Of a stretch of DNA of 64,000 nt, positions 61,287 through 64,000 are shown piece after piece. How positions within the stretch are numbered: the first letter of the stretch is position 1; every line of letters starts with the position of its first letter. The translations under genes and the position numbers were made by a program. This stretch comes from Candidatus Aenigmatarchaeota archaeon. Its GTDB lineage: Archaea; Aenigmatarchaeota; Aenigmatarchaeia; CG10238-14. Under the pieces are notes generated by a model that searched no databases, had not been told where the DNA came from, and saw nothing but the letters and a program-made list of their open reading frames with translations. The stretch spans positions 99,740-163,739 of the forward strand of contig JAGVVZ010000002.1 of NCBI GenBank assembly GCA_018304545.1, in the 5' to 3' direction.

Positions 61287-61903
61287 ATCTATTAATAGTC
61301 TTTGCGCTTCTTGTTCTTTCTTTTATCAACAGTGTGTTTTGGAATAATTTTTTTCGAAATAAAAATAATAAGAAATCCTTTGTTAGGAGAGTCCAAGATT
61401 TTTTACTATCTCCATTTTGCATGTTCTTGTATAAAATAGGTTTCAATCCAACAATCTTGACGGTTTTGAATTTTGTTTTAGGAACGTTATCAGTTTATTT
61501 TCTCTTGAATAAAAAATTAGAATATTTCTTTGTGCTTTTTCTTTTATCCATGATTTCGGATTCTTTCGATGGATTAATGGCTAGACTGACAAAAAACTCT
61601 TCGAAGGTTTGGGGAAAAATGGACTTGCTTGTTGATGGATGGATAAGGCTATTAGTTCTATTTTCATTTTGGATTTTGTATAGAATGCAAATTCTATTTT
61701 ACGGCATTCTTTCTCTGCTTTTTACGATAGTGATATTTTTTATAAAAAAAGACAAAATAAAACCAAAATTTTTGTTAAGGCATTTCGTTGAGCCACTTTT
61801 TATACTGGCTATATTCTATCCCTATGAGTCATTGACTGTAATTTCTCTATGTCTTTTTGCAAACCTGTTCATAGTGGTGATATCGATAAGACGAGGCAGA
61901 TAA
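61283..61903 (+). CDS. CDP-alcohol phosphatidyltransferase family protein
   Basis: 206 aa, polytopic. SDSFDGLMARLTKNSSKVWGKMDLLVDG matches D-G-x2-A-R-x8-G-x3-D-x3-D. ATGA overlap with the upstream NTase gene. Confidence 0.8.
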   Translation: MNLLIVFALLVLSFINSVFWNNFFRNKNNKKSFVRRVQDFLLSPFCMFLYKIGFNPTILTVLNFVLGTLSVYFLLNKKLEYFFVLFLLSMISDSFDGLMARLTKNSSKVWGKMDLLVDGWIRLLVLFSFWILYRMQILFYGILSLLFTIVIFFIKKDKIKPKFLLRHFVEPLFILAIFYPYESLTVISLCLFANLFIVVISIRRGR

Positions 61904-62001
61904 TATGAGTTTGGCAACAGTCCACTTCAGTTTGGGTGCTGCTATAGCTGTAATATTGTTCAGAATTGTTGATTATTACAGCAAAAAACAAATTAAGATC
62001 A

Positions 62002-63084
62002 TTAGTCAAAAAGTAGGTCCATATCCAAATTGTTTAATATCGGCGAGAAAGGTTTTGATATTGTAATACCAAAACTCATCAGCCAATCAGGGATAATATG
62101 TAAACTTCTATGCAACACCATACCTCTTTTGATTGCTGGTGCTAATTTATTTTTCCATTCATTGTCATAGTTTTCTTTCAAAAAATTATAATCAAATCTA
62201 TTTTTATTTAGACATTTTAAACAAGCACTTGCAGCGAATTTAGCACCTATTAATCCGTATATTATCCCGCCGCCAGAATATGGCTTGACTTGTGACGCAG
62301 CGTCGCCAACTAATAAAATATTATCTGCCATAGAGTCTTTTATTAAACCATATCTTATTACTCCGCCTAAAATATCTTTTTTCTCAAATTTTTGATCGAA
62401 TCTCATCTCAACAAATTTTTTAAAATAATGGACTACATTTTTTTTAGCTGCTAAACCTACTCTAGCCCATTGTTTGTTTTCCGGAACAACCCATGCAAAA
62501 AAATCTGGAGTTATTTTTGAACCAAACCACAATTCAACTATGTTATCACTAAAATCATGTTTTATTGTTTCTTGATAACCTATTACATATTCTCGGGGTA
62601 ATTTTATATTAGCAGTTTTTGCCACAGTCGAATTTGGTCCATCTGCGCCAACTAATAATTTTGATTTGAAAACTCCTTTGTTAGTTTTTATTTCTAGATA
62701 ACTAGTTTTTCTGTTAAAATTCAGAAATTTTGTTGATGTTAATATTTCTGCTCCAGCTTTCTTGGCTCTTTTTGCTATCTCTTCATCTAGTTTATGTCTG
62801 TCGATTACATATACAGCTTTCTTGGATTCTAACTCCAAATAATTTTCATCTTGAGAATAAAATCTTGCTTTTCTGACTTTATTCATTACTATACTTTTCG
62901 GTGCTTCGCTCAGCGTTAATATTCTATGACTATCTATACCTGTGCATTGAACAGGATTGCCGATGTTTTGGTGCTCCTCTAATAACAAAACATCTTTTCC
63001 AGAAGCTGCCAATAACTCCGCAGTTTTTGATCCGGAAGGGCCAGCACCGACTACAATAGCGTCATAAATCATGTTATTTCCCAA
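62002..63084 (-). CDS. Geranylgeranyl reductase family flavoprotein (digeranylgeranylglycerophospholipid reductase-like)
   Basis: 360 aa. YDAIVVGAGPSGSKTAELLA, LVGADGPNS, LVGDAASQVKPYSGGGI. Confidence 0.85.
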   Translation of the reverse strand: MGNNMIYDAIVVGAGPSGSKTAELLAASGKDVLLLEEHQNIGNPVQCTGIDSHRILTLSEAPKSIVMNKVRKARFYSQDENYLELESKKAVYVIDRHKLDEEIAKRAKKAGAEILTSTKFLNFNRKTSYLEIKTNKGVFKSKLLVGADGPNSTVAKTANIKLPREYVIGYQETIKHDFSDNIVELWFGSKITPDFFAWVVPENKQWARVGLAAKKNVVHYFKKFVEMRFDQKFEKKDILGGVIRYGLIKDSMADNILLVGDAASQVKPYSGGGIIYGLIGAKFAASACLKCLNKNRFDYNFLKENYDNEWKNKLAPAIKRGMVLHRSLHIIPDWLMSFGITISKPFSPILNNLDMDLLFD

Positions 63085-63787
63085 AATTTCTTTGTATTTC
63101 CTCGAACCATTTTATTGCTTTCAAGAACTCCCTTTTTGTGAGAGCAGGAAATAGCGCCTTCGTTATATACAACTCAGCGTAAACTGTTTGCCATGGCATA
63201 AATCCTGATAATCTTGGCATACCACCGGTTCTGATTATAAGATCAGCATTATTTTTAACGAACAAATTTTCTTGTATATCCTTTTCTGTCACAAATTTTC
63301 TACCGGATTTCATTAATTTGTTGACCGCTGTCACTATTTCGTGTTTACCTCCATATCCAAGAAGTATGTTTAGAAATCTCTTATTATATTTTTCCGTATC
63401 TTTTTCAATTTCTTTCATAGATTTGATCATATCTTCTGGAAACTTTTCCAAATCGCCATAAAATCTAACTCTTACCTCGTGTTTTTTGGATAATTTGCCT
63501 ATATCCTTTTTCCAATTTTTTATAGATTCTCTGAATATTCTAAACAGTTGTTTAACCTCTTCCTTTGATCTATTCAGATTTTCAGTGGACAACCCCCAAA
63601 ATGATAGTTCTTGTATATCTGTTTCAACCCACCACTCAAGCATTTTTTTTGCAGTTTTCATTCCTTCTTCATGTCCTTTCCACGGTACCATTCTTCTTTG
63701 TTTTGCGAATCTTCTGTTGCCGTCGGGTATGATTGCTATATGCTTAGGTAGATCGATATTTATCACCAGTTGAGATAATTTAAACAA
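63074..63787 (-). CDS. uppS: cis-Prenyltransferase (undecaprenyl/dolichyl diphosphate synthase, UppS family)
   Basis: 237 aa. HIAIIPDGNRRFA, LSFWGLSTENLNR, LIIRTGG..RLSGFMPWQ. Confidence 0.9.
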   Translation of the reverse strand: MFKLSQLVINIDLPKHIAIIPDGNRRFAKQRRMVPWKGHEEGMKTAKKMLEWWVETDIQELSFWGLSTENLNRSKEEVKQLFRIFRESIKNWKKDIGKLSKKHEVRVRFYGDLEKFPEDMIKSMKEIEKDTEKYNKRFLNILLGYGGKHEIVTAVNKLMKSGRKFVTEKDIQENLFVKNNADLIIRTGGMPRLSGFMPWQTVYAELYITKALFPALTKREFLKAIKWFEEIQRNFGK

Positions 63788-63834
63788 GTAGATAGAAAAA
63801 TATTTAGGTATAACTATTAGTAAGAGTTAGAAGT

Positions 63835-63945
63835 GGGGTTGTCATATAACCTGGCATTATGCGAGGCTCCAGTATATCATGGAGCGTTGATCCAAAGATG
63901 ATAAGAAGACACCTCGTCATTGGGGTTCAAATCCCTACAACCCCA
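63835..63945 (+). tRNA. tRNA-Trp (anticodon CCA) with a 38-nt intron (63873..63910) at position 37/38
   Basis: GGGGTTG-TC-ATAT-AACCTGGCA-TTAT-G-CGAGG-CTCCAG[intron]A-CCTCG-TCAT-TGGGG-TTCAAAT-CCCTA-CAACCCC-A. 73 nt after intron removal. Intron CATGGAG can pair with the CTCCA of the anticodon loop. Confidence 0.8.
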
Positions 63946-64000
63946 TTTAATTCCCGCAAAACATTAAATTGGAGTCACAAAAGTATATTCCAGCGACATC

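Noticed and set aside
61905-62066. 53-codon ORF (MSLATVHFSLGAAIAVILFRIVDYY...) after the CDP-alcohol transferase gene
   Set aside because: It is below the size cut-off and its 3' half overlaps the 3' end of the geranylgeranyl reductase gene on the other strand. At best it is a truncated remnant of a membrane hydrolase-like gene, and the evidence is insufficient.

Overview
Gene-dense, AT-rich archaeal chromosome segment. It uses the standard code (TAA, TAG and TGA all act as stops). Many neighbouring genes overlap by 1-26 nt, and all three tRNA genes carry introns. The archaeal call rests on Orc1/Cdc6, PolB, topoisomerase VI, archaeal DnaG, Nop5/fibrillarin, aIF1A, a class-III-signal pilin and the ftsZ-secE-spt5-L11-L1-P0-P1 cluster. 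A small-genome (DPANN-like) lineage is only an inference. Layout: (i) 1-19.9 kb is a very AT-rich glycan-assembly island: Wzx-like flippase, 4 GT4, 3 GT2 (two of them polyprenyl-phosphate sugar synthase-like), an Alg14/Alg13-like pair, 3 GT-C-like membrane proteins, 2 SAM methyltransferases, UDP-glucose dehydrogenase, AglH-like GlcNAc-1-P transferase, and an RHH-fused nucleotidyltransferase preceded by a perfect 30-bp palindrome. (ii) 22-27.5 kb is a replication module: a predicted oriC with inverted ORB boxes, then an orc1/cdc6 - degenerate DP1-like - PolB operon. The PolB has a C-terminal zinc-ribbon extension, and two more ORB-like boxes sit at its 3' end. (iii) 27.5-43 kb holds information-processing and miscellaneous genes: Hjc, CBS proteins, DnaG, Hel308, TrmI, Nop5, fibrillarin, and an HD + DHH pair. 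(iv) 43.7-50.2 kb is the conserved ribosomal/ftsZ cluster, here interrupted by surE, a pilin and membrane genes, with a tail-less P0 and an expanded uL11. (v) 51.4-52.6 kb is a G+C-richer insert with a RecB/Cas4-like nuclease ORF bracketed by inverted repeats. (vi) 52.6-64 kb holds topo VI, KH/RIO/aIF1A, Trm56, surface proteins and lipid genes. The candidate I rate highest is the orc1 / DP1-like / zinc-ribbon PolB module bracketed by ORB elements. All family assignments come from motifs read by eye; no database search was run.
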